The translations under genes were made by a program, and so were the position numbers. A model generated the notes under the pieces. That model was not told the origin of the DNA, ran no database searches, and was given only the letters and a program-made list of their open reading frames with translations. A stretch of DNA of 23,829 nt from NCBI GenBank assembly GCA_044220955.1, contig JBGAQA010000084.1, forward strand, positions 7,112 to 30,940. Reading direction: 5' to 3'. This document shows, piece by piece, positions 7,365 to 17,156 of the stretch (within the stretch, counting starts at the first letter, position 1; every line of letters starts with the position of its first letter). The DNA comes from Sandaracinaceae bacterium. Lineage in GTDB: Bacteria > Myxococcota_A > Polyangia > Polyangiales > Sandaracinaceae.

Positions 7365-8873
7365 GTGAAGTCGCTCGGGCCCGGCGCGCGGATCGCCGAT
7401 CGTTACGTCCTCGAGACGGTGATCGCCCGTGGCGGCATGGGCGCGGTCTTCCGGGCCATCGACGAGCGGCTCGGTCGCACGGTCGCCATCAAGATCTTGC
7501 TCGAGGAGCTCGCGGAGGACCAGACGAGCCTCGCCCGCTTCGAGCGCGAGGCGAGCGCGAGCGCGCGGCTGACACATCCCGCGGTCGTTCAGGTCTTCGA
7601 CTTCGGCAAGCACGAGGGCGTCTCGTACATCGTGATGGAGCACGTCGTCGGGCGCACCCTCGCCGCCGAGCTCGACCGGGAGAAGCGCATCGATCCGCTC
7701 CGCGCCTGTGACCTGATCGAGCAGGCGCTCGGCGGCATCGGCGCCGCGCACGCCGCCGGCATCGTCCACCGCGACCTCAAGCCGGGCAACATCATGCTCA
7801 TCCCGACGGGCACCGGCCGCGAGGTCGTCAAGGTGCTCGACTTCGGGATCGCGCAGCTCAAGGAGAGCAAGCCCTACGCGAGGCTCACGAAGTCGGGCGC
7901 GGTGCTCGGAACGCCGACGTTCATGTCGCCCGAGCAGGCGCGGGGCGAGACGTGCGACCCGCGCACGGACGTCTACGCGATGGGCGTGGTGCTCTGGTGC
8001 TGTCTCACGGGGCAGCGGCCCTTCGTCGCCCCCGACGTGTCGGCGACGCTCGGCAAGGTGCTCGCGGAGATGCCGCCGCGCGCCGACAAGATCGACCCAT
8101 CCATCCCCGCCGCCATCGCTCACGCGACCGAGCGCGCCATGGAGAAGCGCCCGAACGCGCGCTTCCCGACGGCGGCCGCGTTCGCCGAGGCCTTGATGGA
8201 TGCGCGCGAGGCGTCGGCGATCCCCGCGACGGCGGCCGTGTCGCTGCCGCCCGAGCGTCGCGACCAGACGCCGGCTCCGATGACGCGCGAGGTGCCCATC
8301 GCGAGCACGGCGCTCGGCGCGGGCGCCGCCCCCGATCACCCTGGCGCCGTGACGCGGGTGGGGGTGTCCGCCGCTCCGGCTCCGGCCCCGGCTCCAGTCG
8401 ACGCGACGCGGACCGGCGGGCGGAGCGCCTGGCGTCGCTGGGCGCTGGTGATCGTGGGTGTGGCGCTGCTCGTCGGCGTCGTGATCGGCGGTCTGCTGGT
8501 GGTGGGCGTGATCGAGTGCGGGATGGCGGGCATCGATCTGCGCGACCTGCCGGCGCCGCAGCTCCCGACGGGGCTGCCGACGGGCCTGCCGGCTCTGCCG
8601 ACCGAGGGTCCCGCAGCGCCCGGAGGCGCGCCCCCGCCGCAGCCCGCGCCTCCTCGGATCGCGCCGCAGCAGGGCGGTGACTTCGCCGATCCGACGTGCG
8701 CGCAGCTCCACGACTGCTGCGCGGCGTTCCGCCAGCAGATCCGGCCGGACTTCCCGGACTGCGATCAGTTCGTGCGCCAGCTCGCGAACGATCCGGCCCT
8801 CTGCGCCGATCGCATCGTGATGTTCGAGCAGATGTCGGCGCAGCGCGTGCCCGTCGAGTGCCAGCCACGCTGA
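7365..8873 (+). CDS. Transmembrane Hanks-type Ser/Thr protein kinase with Cys-rich C-terminal domain
   Basis: RGGMG, VAIK, HRDLKPGN, DFG, GTPTFMSPE, DVYAMG; TM WALVIVGVALLVGVVIGGLLVV; C-terminal domain with 6 Cys. Confidence 0.95.
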   Translation: MKSLGPGARIADRYVLETVIARGGMGAVFRAIDERLGRTVAIKILLEELAEDQTSLARFEREASASARLTHPAVVQVFDFGKHEGVSYIVMEHVVGRTLAAELDREKRIDPLRACDLIEQALGGIGAAHAAGIVHRDLKPGNIMLIPTGTGREVVKVLDFGIAQLKESKPYARLTKSGAVLGTPTFMSPEQARGETCDPRTDVYAMGVVLWCCLTGQRPFVAPDVSATLGKVLAEMPPRADKIDPSIPAAIAHATERAMEKRPNARFPTAAAFAEALMDAREASAIPATAAVSLPPERRDQTPAPMTREVPIASTALGAGAAPDHPGAVTRVGVSAAPAPAPAPVDATRTGGRSAWRRWALVIVGVALLVGVVIGGLLVVGVIECGMAGIDLRDLPAPQLPTGLPTGLPALPTEGPAAPGGAPPPQPAPPRIAPQQGGDFADPTCAQLHDCCAAFRQQIRPDFPDCDQFVRQLANDPALCADRIVMFEQMSAQRVPVECQPR

Positions 8874-8882
8874 GCGCGTGGA

Positions 8883-10937
8883 TCACGGACAGCGCAGGTG
8901 GGCGTCGAGCTCCGTCGCGAGCGCGGCGAGCCACGCGTCGTCCCTCGCCTCGGGCATCGCGGACGCTCGAGCGACGAAGTCGCGCACGAAGCGCTCGTCG
9001 CCGCGCCGCAGCGCGAGCTCGGCCGCGCCGAAGAGCGTCTCGCGCGACTCGGCTCCCTCGCGCGCGAGCGGAAGTGCGCCGTCCGCAGCTTCGAGCTCGC
9101 ACGCGGAGATCGCGAGCAGGAGCCGCTGCGCGAGCAGGACCGGCAGCGGTCCCGTCCATCGCAGCGTGCCATCGAGCTCGTGTCGCGCGAGCGCGAGCGC
9201 CGCACGCTCGTCGGGGCTCCCGGGCGCTCGGTAGCCCGCCCACCCGCCGTCGCGCGCGAGCGGTCGCACCCGGAGCATGGCGCGTACGAACGCCGCGAAC
9301 GCCGCGCCGCCCGGCGTATCGGCGAGGTGGGCGAGGTCCTGCCGGATCCCGTCGATCGCGTCGTCGGGCGCACCGAGGATCGCGGCCGGCTCGTACGCGC
9401 TCGGCAGGGCGTCGAAGCGCGCGGGGTCGAGGCCCGCCGCGAGCGGGGCATCCGCACGGACGTAGACGGCGAAGGCCCCGTCGACCCACGCACGCACGAA
9501 GCGCGGGCTGCCGGCGAGCGTCCGCAGCGCAGCAGCGTCGGGCGGGGCGGTGTGCTGCACGAGGACTGCGGTGACGCCGTAGCGGCGCACGACGGGCAAG
9601 AGCCTGCCCTCCGTGTCCATCGCAGCCTCGGCGATCGCGGCGTGCTCCGGCCCGTAGAACGGCAGGCGGCCGTCGACGAGGACACGCGCGCTCGGAGCCC
9701 GGAACAGCACGTACCAGGACGAGGGCATCGAGCCGAGCACACGCGCTCCGGGGAGACGCTCCTCGATGAACGTCGACGCGTCGTCCGGCAGCGTGCGCGC
9801 GTCGACTCCGGCTCCGATCGGGAAGTCGGACGTGGTGAGCACCGCCAGCGTGCACGCCAGGGTGAGCGCGCCGAGCGCCGTGAGCGCCCGCGTGGCCGGC
9901 GCCAGTGCCCGCTCGACGAGCGGGGCCGTGCGAGCGTGCAGCGCGAGCTCGACGCCGACGAGCGGCGCGCCGATCACCAGCATCTCCAGCGCGAAGCGCC
10001 CCGACCGCAGCGTCAAGAGGCCGAGGGCCACGGCCACGACCCCGAGCGCCGCGCGCGCCGGACCGCCGCGGACCGCCGTCGCGAGCGCGACGAGGGCCGC
10101 GGCGAGGAGCGTGCACGTGTGCGCGATCGTCCAGCGATCGCCCAGCTCGAAGATCGAGTGCCACTCCGTGATCGCGTGGCGGTAGCGCGGATCGAACACG
10201 TGCAGGAGCGCGTCGAGGACGATCCGCTCGCCGTAGGGCGAGATGCACGACGCGAGCGCGACCAGCGCGCACGCGGCGAGGCGCGGGCCGCGCCCGGCGC
10301 GCTCGCCGAGGCCCGTGATCGCCGCGCAGAGCACGATCCCGGCGCCGAGCAGGTGCGATCCGTGGAGGTTCACCCAGAGCACGTGCAGCGCGAAGAGCGC
10401 GGCGAGCGTGGGGGCGGCCGCGCGCATGCCCCGCCGCGCCCAGTCGGGACGCGTCACGAGGAGCAGGTACGCGCCGGCGAGCACGAGCGCGACGAGGTGG
10501 GGCCGCGCCGACATCCGCGGGCGTGATGCCGGGATCGCGAGCACGACGAGCAGCGCCGTCACCCACGCCGCGCCGCGTCCCGCCAGGCGCCCCGCGAGGA
10601 GCACGACGAGGGCGCCGCCGAGCGCGACGAGCGACGTGGCGATCGCGACGAGCGCGTTCGGCCCGGCGAGCGCGTACACCTCCCAGGTCAGCCAGTCGCT
10701 GAGCCACTCGTAGTTCACCCAGGGCTGGGGCGTCTCGCTCCAGAACGAGTACGGGTCGAGCGCGGGCGGCCGGCCGAGCGCGGCGATGGTGCGACCCTGC
10801 GCGAGGTGTCCGAAGGTGTCCGCGTTCGAGAGCGGCTGGAGCGCGCCCAGCGCGAGCGCGCTCGTGACGAGCGCGAGCGACCACGGGTCGTGGCGCGCCG
10901 CGGATGGCGCTCGATCGCTCGGGCTCTCGTCCGTCAC
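8883..10937 (-). CDS. Polytopic membrane protein, GT-C glycosyltransferase-like, with helical TPR-like C-terminus
   Basis: About 10 hydrophobic segments; motifs DTFGHLAQG..DPYSF..WVNYEWL in the first loop, ARPH, LWVNLHGS, ITEW, VDGRLPFYG. The GT-C assignment is inferred. Confidence 0.75.
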   Translation of the reverse strand: MTDESPSDRAPSAARHDPWSLALVTSALALGALQPLSNADTFGHLAQGRTIAALGRPPALDPYSFWSETPQPWVNYEWLSDWLTWEVYALAGPNALVAIATSLVALGGALVVLLAGRLAGRGAAWVTALLVVLAIPASRPRMSARPHLVALVLAGAYLLLVTRPDWARRGMRAAAPTLAALFALHVLWVNLHGSHLLGAGIVLCAAITGLGERAGRGPRLAACALVALASCISPYGERIVLDALLHVFDPRYRHAITEWHSIFELGDRWTIAHTCTLLAAALVALATAVRGGPARAALGVVAVALGLLTLRSGRFALEMLVIGAPLVGVELALHARTAPLVERALAPATRALTALGALTLACTLAVLTTSDFPIGAGVDARTLPDDASTFIEERLPGARVLGSMPSSWYVLFRAPSARVLVDGRLPFYGPEHAAIAEAAMDTEGRLLPVVRRYGVTAVLVQHTAPPDAAALRTLAGSPRFVRAWVDGAFAVYVRADAPLAAGLDPARFDALPSAYEPAAILGAPDDAIDGIRQDLAHLADTPGGAAFAAFVRAMLRVRPLARDGGWAGYRAPGSPDERAALALARHELDGTLRWTGPLPVLLAQRLLLAISACELEAADGALPLAREGAESRETLFGAAELALRRGDERFVRDFVARASAMPEARDDAWLAALATELDAHLRCP

Positions 10938-10996
10938 GCGCGCGCGACGGTACCACCGGCGGCGGCGCTCCTGCCGTATCCTGGCCGCCGGCCCGC

Positions 10997-11536
10997 ATGA
11001 CCCACCCGCTGCAGCGCTGGTTCGACGCCGCGCTCGTCCCGCTCTTCCGCGCGTCCTTGGTTCTCTCGCTGCTCGTGATGGGCGTGCTCGCGACGCTCGA
11101 CGCCGGGCTGCGCTGTCCCAGCGCGCCTCTGGGCATCGTGTCCTTCGAGATCGCGGGCGCGACGGGCGCGGGGCCGATGCTCGCGGGGTGGACCGAGGCG
11201 CAGCGGCGCGACGCGATCCTGGTGCAGGGGCTCGACTACCTCTTCCTGGTCGTCTACTCGACGGCGCTCGCGAGCGGCGCGCTCCTGCTCGGCCGCCGCC
11301 ACGCCGCGGGCCGGCCGCGCCTCTCCGGCCTCGCGCCCGCCGCCGCGTGGGCCTGCACGGTCTCCGGGATCTGCGACGCGGTCGAGAACACGCCCATGAC
11401 GATCATGCTGCGCGCGGGCCAGCCCGACCCGGTCGGCGCCACGATCTCGCTCGTGTTCGCGAGCGCGAAGTTCGTCCTGCTCGTCCTGGGGATCGGCTAC
11501 GTGCTCACGGCGCTCGCGACGCCCAAGCGCGCATAG
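10997..11536 (+). CDS. Hypothetical integral membrane protein (4 TM)
   Basis: ATG 10997 MTHPLQ...; motifs GIVSFEIAG, DYLFLVVY, CDAVEN, KFVLL; TATCCT box upstream. Confidence 0.8.
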   Translation: MTHPLQRWFDAALVPLFRASLVLSLLVMGVLATLDAGLRCPSAPLGIVSFEIAGATGAGPMLAGWTEAQRRDAILVQGLDYLFLVVYSTALASGALLLGRRHAAGRPRLSGLAPAAAWACTVSGICDAVENTPMTIMLRAGQPDPVGATISLVFASAKFVLLVLGIGYVLTALATPKRA

Positions 11537-11548
11537 TCGAGCTCCGGC

Positions 11549-11965
11549 TCAGCGCTCGACTCCCCCCAGACGGTCGGCCCAGTCCTCGGGGAAGCCGCGG
11601 TAGTAGCGGTCCCACTTGCGCCCCGTCACCTCGCGGTAGGCGAACGCGTAGACCGCGCGTGCGGTGGAGGTCACGCCCACGATGGGCAGGTAGAGCGGGC
11701 CGAGGCGGCGCGACTGGACGGCGTGGCCGAGCTCGTGCGCGCGGTTGCGCTCGTCGAGGTCGTGCCACCGGCTGGACCGGCGCGACCAGAAGACCACGTG
11801 GCCGAGCGAGATGGCGGTGCCGGTCGTCTCGACGACCCAGCGGGCCCCCTCACGCTCGGTGGCGACGACCCGACCCCGCGCGCGCTCGGCCGCGAGGAGC
11901 ACCGCGCCGATCGCCGTCTGCGGTGCCTCCCACGCGAGCCCTGCCAGCGCGCCGAGCCCAGCCAT
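11549..11965 (-). CDS. Small HExxH (zincin-like) protein
   Basis: WEAPQT, AISLGHVVF, AHELGHAVQSRRLGPLYLP, YY..FPEDWADRLGG. Confidence 0.75.
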   Translation of the reverse strand: MAGLGALAGLAWEAPQTAIGAVLLAAERARGRVVATEREGARWVVETTGTAISLGHVVFWSRRSSRWHDLDERNRAHELGHAVQSRRLGPLYLPIVGVTSTARAVYAFAYREVTGRKWDRYYRGFPEDWADRLGGVER

Positions 11966-12014
11966 GGCGGTATCGTCGCTCGCGAGGGCGGTGGGCGCCA
12001 GCCTCGCCGCGCCG

Positions 12015-12043
12015 TTGACACCCCGGGCCCTCGCTGCCAACCT
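12015..12043 (+). promoter_or_regulatory. sigma70-type promoter of the kinase-LysM operon
   Basis: Perfect TTGACA, 17-nt spacer ending in TGc, then CAACCT; 19 nt before ATG 12063. Confidence 0.65.
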
Positions 12044-12062
12044 CGTGCGCCTCGCGCGCCGC

Positions 12063-13382
12063 ATGGTCGATCGCATCGGAAACTGCCGGATTCTCGGAGA
12101 GATCGGCTCCGGAGGAATGGCCGTCGTCTACAAGGCCGTCCAGGAGCCGCTCGGCCGCGTCGTGGCCATCAAGGCCCTCAAGCCCTCCATCGCGGTCGAC
12201 AGCGGGTTCGCCAAGCGCTTCGAGCGCGAGGCGCACTTCATGGCGTCGCTGCAGCACGAGAACATCCTGCACGTCCACGACTTCATCAAGGACCGCGGGA
12301 CGATGTACATCGTCATGGAGTACGTGCAGGGCATCGACCTGTACGACCTGCTCGAGATCACACCGCGCCTGCCGGTCGAGGTCGCGACCATCATCACCCT
12401 GCAGGTCGCGCGCGCCCTCGACTACGCCCACTTCCGCGGGATCATCCACCGCGACATCAAGCCCGCGAACGTGATGATCAGCCACCAGGGCGAGGTGAAG
12501 CTGATGGACTTCGGCATCGCCCGCGACGACAAGCTGAGCGACCTGACCGAGACGGGCACGGGCCTCGGCACGCCGAGCTACATGAGCCCCGAGCAGATCC
12601 TCGGGGACAAGCTCGACTTCCGCAGCGACATCTTCTCGGTCGGCATCGTCCTGTACCAGATGCTCACCGGGCGAAAGCCCTTCGTCGAAGACGACGCGCG
12701 CACCGTGATGCAGAAGATCCGGCTCGATCGCTACACGAGCCCGCGCCGGATCAACCCCGGCGTGCCGCGGCCGCTCGAGCGGATCATGGCGCGCTGCATG
12801 GAGAAGATGCCGGCCAACCGGTATCCGACCACGCAGGCGCTCATCGACGACCTGCACGACTTCCTCACCTCGCGCGTGCCCATCAGCCACAACGCGCGGC
12901 TCGTGATGTACCTGAAGGAGCTCGGCGTCATCACCGACGCGCAGGCCGACGAGATCCTCGCTGCGAGCGCCCCCAACCGCCTGCGTCGCAGCGGCGGCGA
13001 CCGGCGGATCATCCCGCAGATGTGGATCGTGCAGGGCCTGATCGGCCTCGGCGTGCTCGGCGCGGGCGGCACCATCCAGGCGATGGCAGGCCGGCTCGGG
13101 GCCGACGAGAGCGAGTTCGCGGCGGAGTCCGGGACCCGCGTGGTGCCGGAGCACGCCGGGTACGTGCGCTTCGTCGTCGACCCCTGGGCCGAGGTGCACA
13201 TCGACGGTCAGCACGTGCTCACGACGCCGAGCGCGCAGCGCATCCCGCTCGATCCGGGTGTCCACTACGTCCGCCTGACGAACCCGTACTTCCACAACGC
13301 CGATCGGGAGATCCAGATCCGGGAGGGCGAGACCGAGGTCGTGGACGTGACCCTGGAAGAGATCCCGGGAGGCGAGCAATGA
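12063..13382 (+). CDS. Transmembrane Ser/Thr protein kinase with C-terminal PEGA-like domain
   Basis: GSGGMAVVY, VAIK, HRDIKPAN, DFG, GTPSYMSPE; TM MWIVQGLIGLGVLGAGG; GYVRFVVDPWAEVHIDG..TP..LDPGVH.VRLTNP (PEGA-like). True start is ATG 12063 (MVDRIG). Confidence 0.95.
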   Translation: MVDRIGNCRILGEIGSGGMAVVYKAVQEPLGRVVAIKALKPSIAVDSGFAKRFEREAHFMASLQHENILHVHDFIKDRGTMYIVMEYVQGIDLYDLLEITPRLPVEVATIITLQVARALDYAHFRGIIHRDIKPANVMISHQGEVKLMDFGIARDDKLSDLTETGTGLGTPSYMSPEQILGDKLDFRSDIFSVGIVLYQMLTGRKPFVEDDARTVMQKIRLDRYTSPRRINPGVPRPLERIMARCMEKMPANRYPTTQALIDDLHDFLTSRVPISHNARLVMYLKELGVITDAQADEILAASAPNRLRRSGGDRRIIPQMWIVQGLIGLGVLGAGGTIQAMAGRLGADESEFAAESGTRVVPEHAGYVRFVVDPWAEVHIDGQHVLTTPSAQRIPLDPGVHYVRLTNPYFHNADREIQIREGETEVVDVTLEEIPGGEQ

Positions 13383-14395
13383 CGCGCGTCGTCGCCGTCG
13401 TCGCGCTCCTCTTCGCGTGGCTCGACGCCGGCGCGGTGCGGGCCGACTACCCGACGTTCGTGCACGTGGTGCGCGAGGGCGAGACCCTCGCGTCGATCGC
13501 GCAGGCCTACTACGGCGATCCGCGGCGTGAGTCGGTCCTCGTCGCGGAGAACGGGCTCGAGACCGAGGGGGGCGCGGCGATCGTCATCGGTGTGCGGCTC
13601 GTCATCCCGCACGTGGAGTATCACCGCGTCGTCGCGGGCGAGACGTGGCAGTCGATCGCCGAGCACTATCTCGGCTCGCCGCTCCGGGCCTTCGCGATCC
13701 AGGAGGCCAATCCGGGGATCGAGAGCGGTCAGCCCGCCGAGGGCGCCGAGCTGCTGATCCCCTACCCGCTGCGCCACGTCTGCGATCAGCGCGACACCCT
13801 GCCGACGCTCGGTCTCGAGTACTTCGGCGACCGCAGCACGGGCGCGGTGATGCTGCGGCACTTCAACCACATGCGCCCGAGCGCGCGCGTCACGCGCGGG
13901 CAGGTGATCCTGGTGCCGCTCAGCGACCTCGTGCTGAGCGAGGAGGGCCAGCGGATGGTGGACGCCGCGATGCCTGCCGTTCCGACCGGCGGCGGCAGCG
14001 GCGAGGTGCGCGAGCTCCAGGAGCGCATCACCGCGGAGCTGCCGGGGCTGCAGGACGAGGTCCACGCGGGCCAGTTCACCGAGGCGCTCGCGCACGGCTC
14101 GCGGCTGCTCGGGGCCGGGGAGCTGACCGGCAACCAGATCGTCACGATCGAGCGCGCGCTCGCCGTGTGCTACGTCGCGCTCGACCGCCGGGATCTGGCG
14201 ATCGCCGCGTTCCGCGAGGCGCTCGCGCGCCAGCCGGACCTCGAGCTCGACAGCCGCCGCACGTCACCGACGGTCCTCGCCGCGTTCGAGGCTGCGCGAC
14301 GCCCGGAGGGCGAGGGCGGCGATGCGGACGCGGCGGACGGCGCGGTGGACGCCGACGCGGCGGCCGACGCCGACGCGGGCACGCCCGCGCGCTGA
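13379..14395 (+). CDS. Secreted LysM peptidoglycan-binding protein (3 LysM-like repeats) with C-terminal TPR
   Basis: ATGA overlap with the kinase stop; signal peptide ending AVRA; HVVREGETLASIAQAYYG, HRVVAGETWQSIAEHYLG, HVCDQRDTLPTLGLEYFG; TPR LAVCYVALDRRDLAIAAFREAL. Confidence 0.9.
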   Translation: MTRVVAVVALLFAWLDAGAVRADYPTFVHVVREGETLASIAQAYYGDPRRESVLVAENGLETEGGAAIVIGVRLVIPHVEYHRVVAGETWQSIAEHYLGSPLRAFAIQEANPGIESGQPAEGAELLIPYPLRHVCDQRDTLPTLGLEYFGDRSTGAVMLRHFNHMRPSARVTRGQVILVPLSDLVLSEEGQRMVDAAMPAVPTGGGSGEVRELQERITAELPGLQDEVHAGQFTEALAHGSRLLGAGELTGNQIVTIERALAVCYVALDRRDLAIAAFREALARQPDLELDSRRTSPTVLAAFEAARRPEGEGGDADAADGAVDADAAADADAGTPAR

Positions 14396-14455
14396 AGTCC
14401 CAGGTCCTCGGCGGGCCCCTCGACGCCCCGCACCGCTCGATCGGCGGCCTCTCGG

Positions 14456-15472
14456 TCAGGGCGCGCCGCGGGAGGCGAGCGCGCCGGCGAGCGCGCGCGC
14501 CCCGTCCTCGGCCGCGTCGAGCGCGCGCTCGGCCTTCGCCGCCACGGGCCAGAGCGCGAGCAACCCGAGCGCGGCCGCCGCGACGAGGCCGAGCTTGCCG
14601 GGCGGGCGCGTGGGCGCGGACGCCGCCGCCGGCGCGAGCGTACGCTCGACGGCGAGCGCCAGCGCCTCGGCCGACGCGAAGCGCGCCGCCGGCTCGCGCG
14701 CGACCGCGCAGCGGATCACCGACTCGAGCGCGGCGGACCGGCCGCCTTGGGGCGCGGCGCGACCCGCGAGCGGATCGCCCTCGAGCAGCGCCGCGGTGAG
14801 CCGCGCGAGCGGGTGTGCTTGCGGGAAGAGCGGCTCGAGGTGCACGAGCTCGAAGAGGATCGCGCCGAGCGCGTACACGTCGCCGCTCGCGTGCGCCGCC
14901 TTGCCGTCGCCGCGCGCGAGCTCGGGCGCGATGTAGCCGGGCGTCCCGACCACCAGCCCGCGCGGATCGTCGGGACGCTCGCCGGCGAGCGCGGCCAGGC
15001 CCCAGTCGAGCAGGTGCACCTCGCCGCGCGCGTCGACCATCACGTTCTCGGGCTTGAGGTCGCGATGCACGACGCCGCGACCGTGGGCATGCTCGACCGC
15101 GCGGCACAGGCGCACGAACGCGCGCAGCAGCCAGGCGGCGCGCATCGTGCGGGCGCCGTCCGTCTCGCGGCACGCGCGCACCTCGTCGAGGATCGCGGCG
15201 AGCGTGCGGCCCTCGACCCGCTCCATCGTGAACCAGGGCGTGCCCGTCTCGTCGTAGCCGCGGTCGAGCACGCGCGGCACGGCGCGGTGCGAGAGTCGCG
15301 ACTGCAGGGCGATCTCCCGCTCGAAGCGCGCCCCGTCCGTCACGCCGTGCAGCGTCTTCATCGCGACGTCCACGCCGCGCGCCCGGTCGTACACGCCCCA
15401 CACCTCTCCCATGGCGCCGCTGCCGAGGCGGGGCCCGCGCTCGTAGCGGGTGGACGGGTCGAGCGTCTGCAT
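14456..15472 (-). CDS. Ser/Thr protein kinase (short, hydrophobic C-terminal tail)
   Basis: GSGAMG, VAMK, HRDLKPEN, DWG, GTPGYIAPE, DVYALG; RBS GAGGGA. Confidence 0.92.
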   Translation of the reverse strand: MQTLDPSTRYERGPRLGSGAMGEVWGVYDRARGVDVAMKTLHGVTDGARFEREIALQSRLSHRAVPRVLDRGYDETGTPWFTMERVEGRTLAAILDEVRACRETDGARTMRAAWLLRAFVRLCRAVEHAHGRGVVHRDLKPENVMVDARGEVHLLDWGLAALAGERPDDPRGLVVGTPGYIAPELARGDGKAAHASGDVYALGAILFELVHLEPLFPQAHPLARLTAALLEGDPLAGRAAPQGGRSAALESVIRCAVAREPAARFASAEALALAVERTLAPAAASAPTRPPGKLGLVAAAALGLLALWPVAAKAERALDAAEDGARALAGALASRGAP

Positions 15473-15648
15473 GGTCCGCGTCCCTCAGCAGCAAGCGTGC
15501 CGGGCTCCGCGGACGCTCTTTTTCGCGCGGGCGGGTGCGCGCGTGACCCCGCGGCACGCGCAGGTGGGCCGCTCGGTCACCCCGGAGGTGTCTCGTGTGC
15601 CACGCTGGGCACGCGCTCGGGCTCGACTTCGCCCGGTCGCGGCGGGCG

Positions 15649-17139
15649 CTACTCGGTGACGAGCACGCGGCTGCCCTCGACGTGCGTGCCCTCGGTCGAC
15701 ACGCCGTGCCAGCCCTCGGGCACCTCGGGCCAGGTGTGCTGGAAGACGTAGTGCGCGTCGTTCGGCGCGAGGTTCACGCAGCCGTGCGAGTGCACGGTGC
15801 CGAACTGCGAGTGCCAGAACGCCGCGTGGAGCGCCACCGAGCCCTCGAAGTACTGCGTCCACGGGACGTCTTCGATGCGGTACGCGTCGTCGCCGAGATC
15901 GCCGCCCGGATCGGCCATCGTGTCGGAGACGAACTTGCGCCGGATGCGGAACTCGCCCTGCGGCGTCTCGTGGCCCGGCAGGCCGCTCGAGACGAGCGTC
16001 GCGTACACCGGCGTCGCGCCGCGATACAGGACCAGCGTCTGCGACGAGAGGTCGACGTGCACCCAGGGCTCGTCGTCGGCCACGCCGGGCAGGCGCTCGT
16101 GCAGCTCGGCGACGGCGAGCAGCCACTCGCGGACGTAGCGCTCGCCGCTCTCCGTCTGGATCACGTGATAGGTCTGGTCGCCCACGCGCTCGCGGCGCAG
16201 CCACGTCACGGTGCTCAGCCGCTCGATCGGCTCGATCGCGTCGTCGTCGATGACGCGCATGACGTCCCCCGCCTCCACTCGCTGCATCGGCTGCGCGGCG
16301 CGCACGGCCCACGCCATCGGGAGCGCGTGCGCCTCGTCGAGCTCCACGCCCTGGAAGCTCGAGCCCGTGCGCTGCTCGAGCGAGGCCTCCTTCACGTAGG
16401 TGCCGCGCACCGTCCGCACGAAGCGGCGGCGGCTGCGCACCTCGGTGCCGTTCGACGCGACGAAGTTGGCGTAGTCGAGGAAGCGCGCGACCTCGGGCGG
16501 CGCGTGCGGCTCGCCGGCCAGCTCGCCCGCGCGGAATCGGATGGCGCGCGCGGGATCGTCGCGGCGGATCTCCTGGAAGCGCGCCACGAACGCGTCCGCC
16601 GCGCGCTGGTCGTCGCGCGAGGGCAGCTGGAACCACTCGGGGACGATCGCCTCTTTCACGAACCAGTACGAGTAGGGCAGGGCGCTGTCGAGGTCGGGCG
16701 CGATGGTGCTCTCCTCGGCGGGCGCGGCATCGCTGACGGTGATCCCCTGCCCCGCGCACGCGTAGCCGCGCGGGTAGAGCTCGTACCAGCCCGTCGCGCA
16801 GTTGGGCGTGGTCACCGGCTCGCCGCGCAGGCGTACGTGCGCGCCGATGCGGAGCCAGCCGAGGATCGTGCTGTCCGGGTCGGCCGCGGCGCGGACGGTG
16901 ATCTGCGTCTTGGTCAAGAGACCATGGCGCGGCCACTCGCGGTCGAGCATCGCGTCGTGCTCCGCCGCGAGGCGGTCCTCCGTCTGCTGCTCGGTCTCGC
17001 CGGGCAGCGGCGCGGGCGTCGCCACCACCGTCGTCGTCTCGGGCGGAGCAGGCGGCCCCGATCCGCCGAGCGCCGCGACGGCGGCGGCGAGCACGACGGC
17101 CCCGGCGGCGATCGCGAGGATGAGGGCGTTCCTGCGCAC
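15649..17139 (-). CDS. L,D-transpeptidase (YkuD family) with N-terminal anchor and SH3-like domain
   Basis: HVDLSSQTL, VSSG..HETPQGEF, ALHAAFWH..FG..HSHGCVNL catalytic motif; N-terminal hydrophobic segment. Confidence 0.93.
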   Translation of the reverse strand: MRRNALILAIAAGAVVLAAAVAALGGSGPPAPPETTTVVATPAPLPGETEQQTEDRLAAEHDAMLDREWPRHGLLTKTQITVRAAADPDSTILGWLRIGAHVRLRGEPVTTPNCATGWYELYPRGYACAGQGITVSDAAPAEESTIAPDLDSALPYSYWFVKEAIVPEWFQLPSRDDQRAADAFVARFQEIRRDDPARAIRFRAGELAGEPHAPPEVARFLDYANFVASNGTEVRSRRRFVRTVRGTYVKEASLEQRTGSSFQGVELDEAHALPMAWAVRAAQPMQRVEAGDVMRVIDDDAIEPIERLSTVTWLRRERVGDQTYHVIQTESGERYVREWLLAVAELHERLPGVADDEPWVHVDLSSQTLVLYRGATPVYATLVSSGLPGHETPQGEFRIRRKFVSDTMADPGGDLGDDAYRIEDVPWTQYFEGSVALHAAFWHSQFGTVHSHGCVNLAPNDAHYVFQHTWPEVPEGWHGVSTEGTHVEGSRVLVTE

Positions 17140-17146
17140 GGCCGCC

Positions 17147-17156
17147 TTGTTAGCAT
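17147..17156. promoter_or_regulatory. Overlapping divergent extended -10 elements (bidirectional, leaderless)
   Basis: + strand TGtTAGCAT lies 8 nt before GTG 17165; - strand TGcTAACAA lies 7 nt before GTG 17139. Only 25 nt separate the two start codons. Confidence 0.55.

Noticed and set aside
8005..11136. 1043-aa minus-strand ORF and similar long Arg-rich overlapping ORFs
   Set aside because: Off-frame shadows of the real kinase and membrane-protein genes.
11723..13378. N-terminal extension making the LysM protein 890 aa
   Set aside because: It is an alternative frame over the kinase. The real start is ATG 13379, with a signal peptide and ATGA coupling.
14980..15020. DWG instead of DFG suggesting a pseudokinase
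   Set aside because: DWG is a common active variant, and the Lys, HRD and APE motifs are intact.
12063..17139. Single cell-wall/gliding super-operon linking agl, LysM, kinases and the L,D-transpeptidase
   Set aside because: The genes are on mixed strands with separate promoters and lie 7 kb or more from agl; proximity alone is not evidence.
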